Source: Solirubrobacterales bacterium (GTDB lineage Bacteria; Actinomycetota; Thermoleophilia; Solirubrobacterales; 70-9). From it: 64,000 nt of DNA. The stretch spans positions 8,908-72,907 of the forward strand of contig JBBRAH010000010.1 in the NCBI GenBank assembly GCA_038206985.1, read 5' to 3'. A model generated the notes under the pieces. That model had not been told where the DNA came from, made no database searches, and worked only from the letters and a program-made list of their open reading frames with translations. The position numbers and the translations under genes are program-made. Shown piece after piece: positions 51,319 to 60,975 of this stretch (its first letter is position 1; every line of letters starts with the position of its first letter).

Positions 51319-51651
51319 ATGGCTGAGAAACCCGGGCGCGGCCACGGCAAGACGGACGGCGACGGGGTCGAGGTCGGTCGCCGGGTGCCGCTGCCGAAGG
51401 GCGCTCAGGAGCCGATCCGCGTCTACATCAACGGCGTCGAGCAGGACAACGGCGAGGACTACAGCTTCGACGGCGACGGAATCCTGTTCCACGAGCCGAT
51501 CGTCAAGGAGGGCAAGCTGCCGCGCTGGCGCTGGCTGACCATGTACGTCGGGCTCTTCGGCTCCTACAACAAGCACGAGACAGTGGACGTCGAGTACCGC
51601 ATAGACGGCAGGGTCCATCTCGCCTCAGACCTCGAAGTCGTCGGCGACTGA
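51319..51651 (+). CDS. Hypothetical protein
   Basis: ATG at 51319, 5 nt after the previous stop. It reads IRVYINGVEQDNGEDYSFDGDGILFHEPI... No family recognised. Confidence 0.5.
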   Translation: MAEKPGRGHGKTDGDGVEVGRRVPLPKGAQEPIRVYINGVEQDNGEDYSFDGDGILFHEPIVKEGKLPRWRWLTMYVGLFGSYNKHETVDVEYRIDGRVHLASDLEVVGD

Positions 51652-51662
51652 CGGCGGGTTCG

Positions 51663-52655
51663 CTAGGCCGCCATTCCGATGAGACCGGCAACCCGCTCGC
51701 GGTGCGCGGAGGACGAACCGAACAGCTGCCCGCTCGCGCGAGCGCGCTTGAGCAGGAAGTGCAGGTCGTGCTCCCAGGTGAACCCGATCCCGCCGTGGAC
51801 CTGGATCGAACTCTTGGCGACCTCCCAGGCGGCGTCGGCGGCACGCGCCTTCGCCATCGAGGCCGCCAGGGCCAGGGAGTCCGGTTCCTCGTCCGCGGCC
51901 CAGGCCGCGTAGTAGGTGAGCGAGCGCGCCTCCTCAACGGCGTAGAGCATGTCCGCACAGCGATGCGAGACCGCCTGGTAGGCCCCGATCGGGCGCTCGA
52001 ACTGGTGCCGCTCCTTGGCGTACTCCACGGCCATGTCCATGGCTCGCTGAGCGATTCCGGTCAGCTCGGCCGCAACCGCGACGGACATCCGGCCGGAAGC
52101 GGCGTCGAGATCTCCCGTCAGCGCCTCACCGTCCACGGAGGAGGGCTCCGAGTAGCCACGCGTCTCGTCGATCAGGTCGAGCTTGTCGAAGGTGACCGAG
52201 TTCGGGTCGAGAATCCGGGCGCCGTCCTCGTCGAAGACGATCGGTACGGCCGCACCCTCGGCGTCGAGGAACACATCGGGACTGCCGACCGCGCCCCGCG
52301 CCTCGCCGGTCGCGATGCCGCCGAGGTGGGCGGCCTTCTGCTCGTCGCTGCCGGCCCACTCGAGCGCCAGTCCGGCGCACGCGTTGGCGAGGAAGGGAGT
52401 CGGCGCGACTGCATAGCCGAGCTCCTCACAGAGGATCACCAGCTCCACCATGCCGAGGCCCTGACCACCGTGCTCCTCCGAAACCGCGATCCCGGCCCAG
52501 CCGAGCTCGCTGAGCTCCTTCCAGACCGCTTCGTCGAAGCCACCCGGCTCGGACTCGACCTGCTTGCGCACGACGTCCGGTTTGAACCGGGACTGCGCGA
52601 AGCTCTTCGCGGTCGCCTTGATCTCCTGCTGCTCGTCGTTGAATCCAAAGTTCAT
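51663..52655 (-). CDS. Acyl-CoA dehydrogenase family protein, short form (likely partner subunit of a heteromeric ACAD)
   Basis: This 330-aa protein reads NDEQQEIKATAKSF..., YAKERHQFERPIGAYQAVSHRCADM and IQVHGGIGFTWEHDLH. The middle beta-domain looks abbreviated. Confidence 0.85.
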   Translation of the reverse strand: MNFGFNDEQQEIKATAKSFAQSRFKPDVVRKQVESEPGGFDEAVWKELSELGWAGIAVSEEHGGQGLGMVELVILCEELGYAVAPTPFLANACAGLALEWAGSDEQKAAHLGGIATGEARGAVGSPDVFLDAEGAAVPIVFDEDGARILDPNSVTFDKLDLIDETRGYSEPSSVDGEALTGDLDAASGRMSVAVAAELTGIAQRAMDMAVEYAKERHQFERPIGAYQAVSHRCADMLYAVEEARSLTYYAAWAADEEPDSLALAASMAKARAADAAWEVAKSSIQVHGGIGFTWEHDLHFLLKRARASGQLFGSSSAHRERVAGLIGMAA

Positions 52656-52684
52656 GTCTCAGCCTCCTGTAGGTGCCTGGCCCG

Positions 52685-53824
52685 CTATCGCAGCTTCGGC
52701 AGGCCGAGCACACGCTCGGCGATGATGTTCTTGAGTACCTCGGAGGTACCGCCCTCGATCGAGTTCGCTCGCGAGCGCAGCATCTTGTAACCCCAGTCGG
52801 AGTCCTTACCGAGGGCCGCGGGTCCGAGGATCTCGGTCGCCAGCTCCGTCATCTCCTGGTTGATCGAACCCCACTGCAGCTTGGCGACCGAGCCCTCTGG
52901 GCCCGGGATGCCGGTCTTGATCTGCTGGCTGAGGCTGCGCATCGCGCCCAGACTCAGCGCCTCGGTGCCCATCTTCAGCGCCGCGATCTTCTGGCGCAGG
53001 ATCGGGTCGGATCCCAGACCACGCTCGTTGATCAGCTCGATCAGGTTCTCGAGGTCGTTCTGCAGGCCGACGGCGGCCGAGGCACCGAGGCCCGCGCGCT
53101 CGTTCATCAGCGTGGTGATCGCCACCATCCAGCCGTTGCCGACACCGCCCATCACGTTCTCGTCGGGGACGAAAGCGCCCTCGAAGAAGACCTCGTTGAA
53201 CTCGGCCTCGCCGGTGATCTGGACCAGTGGACGGACCTCGATGCCGTCCTGTTCCATGTCGCAGATGAAATAGGTCAGCCCCTTGTGCTTGGGAGCGTCG
53301 AAGTCCGAGCGGGCGACCAGCATGCACCACTTGGCGATGTGGCCAAGTGTGGTCCACACTTTCTGGCCCGTGACCTCCCAGCCGCCCTCGACCTTTACCG
53401 CCTTGGTCTTGAGCGAGGCGAGGTCGGATCCGGACTCAGGCTCGGAGAAGCCCTGGCACCAGATCTCCTCAGCCGAGAGGATCGGCTCCAGAAAGCGCTC
53501 CTTCTGGCTCTCGTCGCCGTGCGCCATGACCACGGGGCCGCCCATCACGAGCCCGAGGATGTTGGCCGGCCTCGGCACCTTGGCCCGCGCCATCTCGGCG
53601 TAGAAGATCGTCTGCTCGAGCAGGCTCGCCCCGCGTCCGCCGTACTCCTTGGGCCAGGCGACTCCGGCCCAGCCGGCGTCGTGCATCGTGCGCTGCCAGG
53701 TGCGCTGGAACTCGAACTTGGCCGAGTCGTCGCCGTCGGGCTCGGGGCCGGGATTGTTGTCCGCGAGCCAGGTTCGCACCTCGTCGCGGAAGGCCTCCTC
53801 GTCGGCGGTCAGGGTCAGGTCCAC
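52685..53824 (-). CDS. Acyl-CoA dehydrogenase
   Basis: It reads IWCQGFSEPESGSDLASL, GQKVWTT and SIEGGTSEVLKNIIAERVLGLP. It lies 29 nt upstream of the short ACAD gene on the same strand. Confidence 0.9.
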   Translation of the reverse strand: MDLTLTADEEAFRDEVRTWLADNNPGPEPDGDDSAKFEFQRTWQRTMHDAGWAGVAWPKEYGGRGASLLEQTIFYAEMARAKVPRPANILGLVMGGPVVMAHGDESQKERFLEPILSAEEIWCQGFSEPESGSDLASLKTKAVKVEGGWEVTGQKVWTTLGHIAKWCMLVARSDFDAPKHKGLTYFICDMEQDGIEVRPLVQITGEAEFNEVFFEGAFVPDENVMGGVGNGWMVAITTLMNERAGLGASAAVGLQNDLENLIELINERGLGSDPILRQKIAALKMGTEALSLGAMRSLSQQIKTGIPGPEGSVAKLQWGSINQEMTELATEILGPAALGKDSDWGYKMLRSRANSIEGGTSEVLKNIIAERVLGLPKLR

Positions 53825-53872
53825 TCGTCCTCCTCAGCAAAGTTGGCCCACTTGGCCAGTCAGCCAGGAAAC

Positions 53873-54790
53873 CTACCGGAGAGCCTGAGCTGCCACCGCG
53901 CGGAGGATGGTCCGGACGTGGCCCGGGTCGTGGCGGATCTGCCAGTGGCTGAAGCGCAGGCTGCGCAGTCCCGCCGCGGCGTGGGTCTGATCCCGGATTA
54001 GATCGTTCGTCTGCTGGGCGGGGAGGCGGTGATAGGTGAGCCCATCGGTCTCCACGACAAGCCCGAGGTTAGGCCACCAGAAATCGACCCTGTGGCTGTT
54101 GACGCGGCGCCGGGTCTCGGGCACGGGCAGGCCGGCCTCAACAGCAAGTGGCACGAAGAGCTGCTCGAGGCGCGAGTCGGTGAGCCGGAAGGTGTGTTTG
54201 TCGAGCTCGTCCCGGACGCGCGCGGCGCCACGGCGCCGCGGCTGGGCGACGCACGCGGCGCGCAGTGAGTCCGGGGTAAGCAGCTTCCGCTTGTCGCCCT
54301 CGCTGATCATCCGGTTGAGGGCAGCGTCATCGAGGCGGAGGGCCAGGTCGATGATCGTCTGAGCGGGGGCGGTCACCGGGATGCGTTCGCGAAGCGTGGT
54401 GCCGGTGGCGAGGAGGGCGGGGCGACGAGCATGGACCATGAGCCCGCGGCGGCGCAACCGTCCTCCAGAGCCAGAGACCGAGACCTCGACCACGCTCGGC
54501 GAACGCTGGATCAGGTCCCAGAGGGCGGCGGCGCTCCAGTGACTCAACACCGAACCCTCGCCTGCGGCCAGGACGGCGGCCATGAGCCTGCCCAACCTGC
54601 CGGGGTCGGGCCGACCGACGACGTAGACCCCGCGATAGATGCAGTGAAGGCGGCCGCAGCGCAACCTGTGGCGAACCGCCTCTGGCGTCGCGCCGAGTTC
54701 GAGAAGTTGAGCGTGCGCAACGACCCAGTGCTGCTTGCGGGCAAGCGTCCATGCCCGCGCCTGCCACTGTCGCTGACTTGACGGGGTCAT
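53873..54790 (-). CDS. AbiEi_4-like N-terminal domain plus DUF559 (Vsr-like endonuclease fold) protein
   Basis: The N-terminus is VVAHAQLLELGATPEAVRHRLRCGRLHCIYRGVYVVG. The C-terminus is VDFWWPNLGLVVETDGLTYHRLPAQQTNDLIRDQ...LRFSHWQI. Confidence 0.75.
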   Translation of the reverse strand: MTPSSQRQWQARAWTLARKQHWVVAHAQLLELGATPEAVRHRLRCGRLHCIYRGVYVVGRPDPGRLGRLMAAVLAAGEGSVLSHWSAAALWDLIQRSPSVVEVSVSGSGGRLRRRGLMVHARRPALLATGTTLRERIPVTAPAQTIIDLALRLDDAALNRMISEGDKRKLLTPDSLRAACVAQPRRRGAARVRDELDKHTFRLTDSRLEQLFVPLAVEAGLPVPETRRRVNSHRVDFWWPNLGLVVETDGLTYHRLPAQQTNDLIRDQTHAAAGLRSLRFSHWQIRHDPGHVRTILRAVAAQALR

Positions 54791-54829
54791 AACCCCGTCA
54801 AGTGCGCGACAGGCCGTCTTTCGCCCCCC

Positions 54830-56479
54830 TCAACGCTGCGGGTCGATCAGCACGCCCGGGTTGAGCAGGCCGGCCGGGTCGACAGCGGCCTTGGCGGCGG
54901 TCAGGGCCTCGGCGAAGGGCTCGGGACGCTGCAGGTCGTACCAGGGGCGATGGTCGCGGCCCACCGCGTGGTGGTGGGTGATCGTGCCGCCGGCCGAGAT
55001 CAGCGCCTCCGAGACCGCTGCCTTGATCTCGTCCCACTGCTCGACCTCGGAGCCCCGCCGGGCGGGAGCCAGGATCGTGAAATAGGGCGCCGGCCCATCC
55101 GGATAGACGTGCGTGAAGCGGCAACTCACGCGCGGCGCTCCCGGCCCGTCCGCCGGGCCGCCGCTCACGTCGGCCACGGCCCGCCGGGCGGTCTCCATCA
55201 GCACCCCGTGGAACTCGCGGAAGCGATCCCAGGTGACCGCCGTCTCGAACGTCTCGCTCAAGACGCCGAGCGAGACGAGCGAGTCCCGTAGATAGGGCGC
55301 GCCGAGGAAGGCGCTGCGCCAGACATTGACGGGATCGGCGGCGGCCGAGGACTCGCGGCGCCCGCCCTTCGTCTCGCCGGCCCTGCCCCCGAGCTGCTCG
55401 GCGCAGTCGCGGGCCTGCTTCATCCGGTCGTCCACGGGCCCGAAGGCACTCTCGAAGCCGAGAATCAACAGAGCGCTGCTGCCGTCCCCCGCCCCGGTGG
55501 TCAGGGCCTCCAGCGGGTCGAGCAGGCGGAGGTTCGAGGGGTTCAGATCCGCCTGGCTGAGGATGCGGACCGCCTCGACCGCCTCGTGAAAATCGCCGAA
55601 CTCGACGCCACAGGAGAGCTTGTGCTGCGGTCGGCGGCGAACCTTGACCCAGGCCTCGGTGATCAGCCCGAGGATTCCCTCGGAGCCGATCAACATCCGG
55701 TCCGGGCTGGGTCCGGCGCCGGACCCGGGCAGTCGCCGACTCTCCCACTCGCCGCGCGGCGTCAGCGCGCGCACCGACTCGACCAGGTCATCGATGTGCG
55801 TGTAGAGCGTCGCGAAGTGGCCGCCCGCCCGCGTGGCGATCCAGCCGCCGAGCGTCGAGTACTCGAACGACTGCGGGAAGTGGCGTAGGGTCAGCCCGCG
55901 CTCTGCAAGCTGAGCCTCCAGTCCAGGGCCGGTCGCCCCGCCCTGGATGCGGGCCGACAGCGACCTCTCGTCCACGTCGAGCACCTGGTCGAGCGCCCCG
56001 AGATCGAGAGTCAGGGTGCCGCGGTAGCCGTGTCCGACGCGCGGTTCGACACCACCGACCACGCTGGTCCCGCCGCCGTAGGGGATCACCGCCACGCGGC
56101 GCTCCTCACACCACTCGAGCACGCGCCGTACGTCCTGCTCGTCGGCAGGCCGGGCGACGAGGTCGGGGGTGCGCTCGAAGCGGCCCCGGAAGCCACGGAC
56201 CACGTCACGGTACGCCGCACCCATCGCGTGGGTCAGGCGCTCACGCGGATCATCGGTGATCAGATCGAGCAGGGAGTCCGGAGGGCCGAGCCGCGAAGGG
56301 GCAATGTCGATCGCCCCGATCGGAACCGGCTCCTCGACCCGGTCCACCGCGAAGCCGAGTCGCTCCCGGACCTGCGGGACCAGACCCTCGAGCCCTGCTT
56401 TGTCCGGCTGCTGATCGGCGTAGCCCCAGCCCCAATGCTTGCGGGGCCGGCGTGCTTGGGGATCGCTCGTGTCGGCCAT
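54830..56479 (-). CDS. FAD-linked oxidase of the alkyldihydroxyacetonephosphate synthase (AGPS)-like subgroup
   Basis: ATG at 56479. The N-terminus is HWGWGY, the FAD_binding_4 region is VIPYGGGTSVVGG, and FPQSFEYSTLGGWIATRAGGH is the block I associate with AGPS-type enzymes. Confidence 0.8.
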   Translation of the reverse strand: MADTSDPQARRPRKHWGWGYADQQPDKAGLEGLVPQVRERLGFAVDRVEEPVPIGAIDIAPSRLGPPDSLLDLITDDPRERLTHAMGAAYRDVVRGFRGRFERTPDLVARPADEQDVRRVLEWCEERRVAVIPYGGGTSVVGGVEPRVGHGYRGTLTLDLGALDQVLDVDERSLSARIQGGATGPGLEAQLAERGLTLRHFPQSFEYSTLGGWIATRAGGHFATLYTHIDDLVESVRALTPRGEWESRRLPGSGAGPSPDRMLIGSEGILGLITEAWVKVRRRPQHKLSCGVEFGDFHEAVEAVRILSQADLNPSNLRLLDPLEALTTGAGDGSSALLILGFESAFGPVDDRMKQARDCAEQLGGRAGETKGGRRESSAAADPVNVWRSAFLGAPYLRDSLVSLGVLSETFETAVTWDRFREFHGVLMETARRAVADVSGGPADGPGAPRVSCRFTHVYPDGPAPYFTILAPARRGSEVEQWDEIKAAVSEALISAGGTITHHHAVGRDHRPWYDLQRPEPFAEALTAAKAAVDPAGLLNPGVLIDPQR

Positions 56480-56525
56480 CCCGACGAACCCTACGCGAGA
56501 GAAGGCGCCGCTATGTTGACCTCTG

Positions 56526-57515
56526 ATGTCAGGCTCAAGCTCACGCCGCCTGCGGGTCGTGGCGATCGGAATCTCGATCCTCTCGCTCGGTGGCATCGCC
56601 CTCTGGGCTTCCCAACAGCAGGCCCCGCAGTTGCCCGACAGCGCCTCCGACTGGGCCCTGCTGGCGGCCGGCCTCGGTCTCTACGCCGTGGCCATGGCTC
56701 TGCGCTCGGAGCGCTGGCTGGCGCTGCTCCGCAACAGCGGCACCGACCCGGCGCGCAGCGAGTGCTACGGCCTGATGGGGGTGGGGTTCATGGGCAACAC
56801 CGTGCTGCCGCTGCGCGGCGGGGATGGCCTGCGGATCGCCTACATGTCCAAGCACACGAGCACCGGCCTGCGCGACTCCACCGGGGTCCTCATCGCCGAG
56901 CGCGGGCTCGACGCGATCACCCTGATCACCGTCTACGCGATCCTCGCCTACGGGGTGCTCAGCGGCATCGACGTTCCCGACCTGAGCAGCTTCGCCACCG
57001 CGGCGATCGCCGCCGGCGCCATCGTGGTCGGGGCCGTCATCGGGGTCGTCGTCCTGCGGGCCCTCGGCCACTCCGGGACAGCGCGGGAGTTCATCGTGCC
57101 GCTGCTTGCGGCCAGCAGCAATCTGCGAAGCCACCACGGCGGCCGGATGCTGGTCCTGACAATCGCGATCTGGACGCTCGAGGCAGCGGACCTGATGCTG
57201 CTTGGCGCGGCGATCGGTCTCGACATGCATCCCCTCGAGGCTCTCTATCTCGTCGGGCTCGGTGGCATCTTCCTGCTGATCCCGAGTGGACCCGGATACG
57301 CGGGCACCTTCGACGCGGCGATCCTGTTCGGCGCTGCGGCCATCGGGGCCACGGGAGCCGTCGCCGTCTCCTTTCTGCTCGTCGCCCGCCTGGTGATCTT
57401 CGTGCCGATCACCGTCCTGGGCGCCGTTCTCATGCTGACCCGCTACAGCAAGGGAATCCCAATTCGCGGCGAGCCGGCCGTGTCAGCGGAAGTCGTCGCT
57501 GGCGCTCCGTCCTAG
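56526..57515 (+). CDS. Lysylphosphatidylglycerol-synthase-TM-like (UPF0104, flippase-like) membrane protein
   Basis: It has about 8 TM segments and reads ALRSERWLALL...FMGNTVLPLRGGDGLRIAYM...SGPGYAGTFDAA. It is divergent from the AGPS-like gene with a 46-nt spacer. Confidence 0.7.
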   Translation: MSGSSSRRLRVVAIGISILSLGGIALWASQQQAPQLPDSASDWALLAAGLGLYAVAMALRSERWLALLRNSGTDPARSECYGLMGVGFMGNTVLPLRGGDGLRIAYMSKHTSTGLRDSTGVLIAERGLDAITLITVYAILAYGVLSGIDVPDLSSFATAAIAAGAIVVGAVIGVVVLRALGHSGTAREFIVPLLAASSNLRSHHGGRMLVLTIAIWTLEAADLMLLGAAIGLDMHPLEALYLVGLGGIFLLIPSGPGYAGTFDAAILFGAAAIGATGAVAVSFLLVARLVIFVPITVLGAVLMLTRYSKGIPIRGEPAVSAEVVAGAPS

Positions 57516-57601
57516 TCATCTAGATTGGTCACCACATTGGAGAGGTAGCGAGGCAGGGAGGCGAACGTGAATTTGAGTCGAGCGGCACAGGTACTCGCGT
57601 C

Positions 57602-58576
57602 GTGAACAAGGCACTCATCACCGGCGCGGCCGGATTCATCGGTCAGGCGCTCACGACCCGGCTGCAGTCCGAGGGAGTCGAGGTCGTCGGTCTCGATATG
57701 CAGACCGACAAGGGGCGCGGGATCGTCGCGGGCGACATCACGGTCGTCGGCGGCTGGGAGGGCGCGGCCGCGGGCTGCGACACGGTCTTTCACACGGCGG
57801 CCGCGGTCACCAACACGGCCACCCTGGACTTCGGCTGGCGGGTGAACGTGCTCGGCACCAAGCACGTGATCGACGCTGCCGTGGCCGCGGGCGCCACGCG
57901 CTTCGTCCACATCTCCTCGATCCGGGCCTTCAGCGACGTCGATTTCCCGGTCCTGGCCGGCGGGGTCACCGAGGAGCACCCCGTGCGCCCCGACGGCAGC
58001 GTCTACGTAGACACCAAGATCGCCTCCGAGCAGGTGGCGCTGCAGGCACACGCTGCCGGTCGCATCGAGGTGACCGTGATCCGGCCCGGCGACGTCTACG
58101 GGCCCGGCTCGCGCCCCTGGACGATCCTGATCGTCGAGGCGATCAAGTCGAACCAGTTCCTGCTGCCGGCGATGGGCAAGGGCGTGTTCAGCCCCGCCTA
58201 CATCGACAACCTCACCGACGGCGTCCAGCTCGCCGGGACCAGGCCGGAGGGCAGCGGCCAGGTGTTCACGATCTCCGACGGAGTGGGCATCAGCACGAAG
58301 GAATTCTTCGGCAACTACTACCGGATGCTGGGCAGGAAGGGCCCCCGTGTCCTGCCCACAGCGGCCGCCCTCGCACTGGTCACCGTGCCGGAGACGATCG
58401 CCTCCGTCAGCGGCAACCCGACCGAGATCAGCCGGGAGTCGATGCGCTACCTCGCGAGGGCCGGCACGTACTCGATCGAGAAGGCCCGGACGCTGCTCGG
58501 CTACGAGCCATCCGTCGACCTCACGGAAGGCATGCGCCGCACCGAAAGCTGGCTAAACAGCCAGGGACTCCTCTGA
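57602..58576 (+). CDS. NAD-dependent epimerase/dehydratase (extended SDR, 3-beta-HSD-like)
   Basis: GTG start. It reads ALITGAAGFIGQAL, YVDTKIASE (the YxxxK motif) and VIRPGDVYGPG. Confidence 0.85.
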   Translation: MNKALITGAAGFIGQALTTRLQSEGVEVVGLDMQTDKGRGIVAGDITVVGGWEGAAAGCDTVFHTAAAVTNTATLDFGWRVNVLGTKHVIDAAVAAGATRFVHISSIRAFSDVDFPVLAGGVTEEHPVRPDGSVYVDTKIASEQVALQAHAAGRIEVTVIRPGDVYGPGSRPWTILIVEAIKSNQFLLPAMGKGVFSPAYIDNLTDGVQLAGTRPEGSGQVFTISDGVGISTKEFFGNYYRMLGRKGPRVLPTAAALALVTVPETIASVSGNPTEISRESMRYLARAGTYSIEKARTLLGYEPSVDLTEGMRRTESWLNSQGLL

Positions 58577-58646
58577 CGACAGCGGCGCGAGCGGGGCGCC
58601 CGGACCCATATAGTCAACCCTGGATCGGGATGGAGGAGGGAATTGA

Positions 58647-59753
58647 ATGGCAGTCGAAAGTGGTGCAGAGCCTCATGTTTCGAGGTTGCAGCGCCGGCTG
58701 CTCAATGCCGCGCGGGCACTCACCACGCCCCTCCTCCCCGACGACTACCTCGAGTTGCTCAATCCCGAATGGTCCACGCGCGAGCTGAAGGGGCGGATCG
58801 AGGAGGTCCGGCCCGAGACCGCGGACGCCTGCACCGTGGTGATCCAGCCCTTCTTCCCATGGCAGGGCCACTGGCCTGGCCAGTATCTGCGGATTGGCGT
58901 CGAGGTTAACGGGGTACGCCAGTGGCGTGCCTACACACTCACCTCGGATCCCGACCACCCCCGCGGCCTCGTTTCGATCACGGTCAAGCGGGTGGATGAG
59001 GGCAAGCTCTCGCCGTGGTTCACGAACGAGCTGAACGCCGGCAGCGTGGTCTACCTGGGCGGTGCCGAGGGCACCTTCCAGATCCCCTATCCGGTGCCCG
59101 ACAAGCTGCTGATGATCAGCGCCGGCAGCGGCATCACGCCGATCTGGTCCCACATCCGCAACCTCGCGCGGCGCGACTCCCCCGCCGAGATCCGTCACCT
59201 GCACTGCTGTCATGACGAAGACGACTTCATCTTCGGCGCGCGGCTCCGCGACCTGCGCAAGTCGCGCCGTAACTACGACCTGGTCGAGCACCACAGCAAG
59301 GACAACGCAAGGATCAAGCCCGCCGACCTGGACGACTTCTGTCCCGACTGGAAGGAGCGCCCGACGTTCCTCTCCGGGCCGCGGGAGATGATCAATGCGT
59401 TCAAGGAGCGCTGGGAGGAAGAGGGCGACACCTCCCTGTTGGAGATCGAGCGCTTCCAGCCGCTGATCGGCGGCGACGAGACTGCCGAGGTCGGCAGCGG
59501 CGGCTCGATCCGCCTGCGCGTCACCGAGTGCGAGACCGAGTGCGACGGCACCACGCCGATTCTCGAAGCGGCCGAGGCGGCCGGTGCCGACCTGCCATTC
59601 GGCTGTCGCATGGGCGTCTGCCACACCTGCATCGGCAAGCTCGAACAGGGCCAGGTCCGGGACCTGCGGACGGGCCGGGTGCACGGCGAGAGCGGCGAGA
59701 TGATCCGCACTTGCGTGAACGCCCCCGAGGGCCACGTCGAGATCGACCTTTGA
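58647..59753 (+). CDS. Ferredoxin-NAD(P) reductase-type oxidoreductase with a C-terminal 2Fe-2S ferredoxin domain (Rv3230c-like desaturase reductase)
   Basis: FAD binding is RAYTLTS, NAD binding is LMISAGSGITP, and the plant-type ferredoxin motif is CRMGVCHTC...C. Confidence 0.85.
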   Translation: MAVESGAEPHVSRLQRRLLNAARALTTPLLPDDYLELLNPEWSTRELKGRIEEVRPETADACTVVIQPFFPWQGHWPGQYLRIGVEVNGVRQWRAYTLTSDPDHPRGLVSITVKRVDEGKLSPWFTNELNAGSVVYLGGAEGTFQIPYPVPDKLLMISAGSGITPIWSHIRNLARRDSPAEIRHLHCCHDEDDFIFGARLRDLRKSRRNYDLVEHHSKDNARIKPADLDDFCPDWKERPTFLSGPREMINAFKERWEEEGDTSLLEIERFQPLIGGDETAEVGSGGSIRLRVTECETECDGTTPILEAAEAAGADLPFGCRMGVCHTCIGKLEQGQVRDLRTGRVHGESGEMIRTCVNAPEGHVEIDL

Positions 59754-59784
59754 ACTTGCACACCAACCAGGCAGGAGCACGCAC

Positions 59785-60975
59785 ATGAGACCCACCGAGA
59801 ACACCGTCGAGAACCCACTCCAGCGCCTGAGCAGGGAACAGATCGACGCCATCGGTGAGGAGTTCCAGCAGATCCACGACGACGTCTACGCGGATCTCGG
59901 CGACAGCGATGCGACCTACATCCGCAACATCGTCCAGTTCCATCGCCGCCTCGCGGCGATCGGCCGGATCGAGCTCATGGCCTCGCGCTACACGCCGGCC
60001 CTGATCCTCGGCACGCTGACCCTGAGCGCGGCGAAGATCATCGAGAACATGGAGATCGGGCACAACGTGATGCACGGTCAGTGGGACTGGATGAACGACC
60101 CCCAGATCCACTCCTCCGTCTGGGATTGGGACACCGCCTCACCGGCCGCCGCCTGGAAGCACTCCCACAACTACGTGCACCACACCTACACCAACGTGAT
60201 CGGCAAGGACAAGGACGTCGGCTACGAGATCATGCGCGTCGATCCGAGCCAGAAGTGGCACCCGGTCTTCCTCTTCCAGCCGTTCTACAACATCCTGCTG
60301 GCCTCCTTCTTCGAGTGGGGAGTTGCCTTCCACGATCTCGATTTCGATGCCGTCAAGACCGGCAAGAAGCCCAAGCAACAGGTCAAGGACGAACTGAAGG
60401 CGATCGGCCTCAAGGCCCGGCGCCAGATCGTCAAGGACTACATCGCCTTCCCGGCGCTGAGCGGCAGGTACTGGAAGCGGACGCTGAAGGCCAACTTCGT
60501 CGCCAACCTGATCCGCAACATCTGGACCTACGCGATCATCTTCTGCGGTCACTTCCCCGACCAGACCTACACCTTCACCGAGGAGGAAGCGGAGGCCGAC
60601 GACTCCAAGGGCGCCTGGTACGTCCGCCAGTTGATCGGCGCCGCCAACATCGACGGCAGCCCCGCCTTCCACTTCATGAGCGGCAACCTCTCCTTCCAGG
60701 TTGAGCATCACCTCTACCCGGACCTGCCTTCCAGCCGTTACGCGGAGCTCGCACCCCGGGTCAAGGCAATCTGTGAGAAGTACGACCTGCCCTACAACAC
60801 GGGCCCGTTCGGCAAGCAGTTCGGGATGGTCCAGCGCACGCTGGTGCGCCTTGCCCTCCCGGGCGGCAAGACGCGGCCCAAGCCCGGCCCCTGGCGCGAG
60901 TCGGCGCCCGCCGCGATGGACCCCGCCAGCAACGGCCACACCGATCCCGAGGGCACGCTCGCGGCCTTCCCGTGA
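59785..60975 (+). CDS. Membrane fatty acyl-CoA desaturase (DesA3-like)
   Basis: The three His boxes are HNVMHGQW, HNYVHH and QVEHHLYP. It lies 31 nt downstream of the reductase gene. Confidence 0.9.
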   Translation: MRPTENTVENPLQRLSREQIDAIGEEFQQIHDDVYADLGDSDATYIRNIVQFHRRLAAIGRIELMASRYTPALILGTLTLSAAKIIENMEIGHNVMHGQWDWMNDPQIHSSVWDWDTASPAAAWKHSHNYVHHTYTNVIGKDKDVGYEIMRVDPSQKWHPVFLFQPFYNILLASFFEWGVAFHDLDFDAVKTGKKPKQQVKDELKAIGLKARRQIVKDYIAFPALSGRYWKRTLKANFVANLIRNIWTYAIIFCGHFPDQTYTFTEEEAEADDSKGAWYVRQLIGAANIDGSPAFHFMSGNLSFQVEHHLYPDLPSSRYAELAPRVKAICEKYDLPYNTGPFGKQFGMVQRTLVRLALPGGKTRPKPGPWRESAPAAMDPASNGHTDPEGTLAAFP

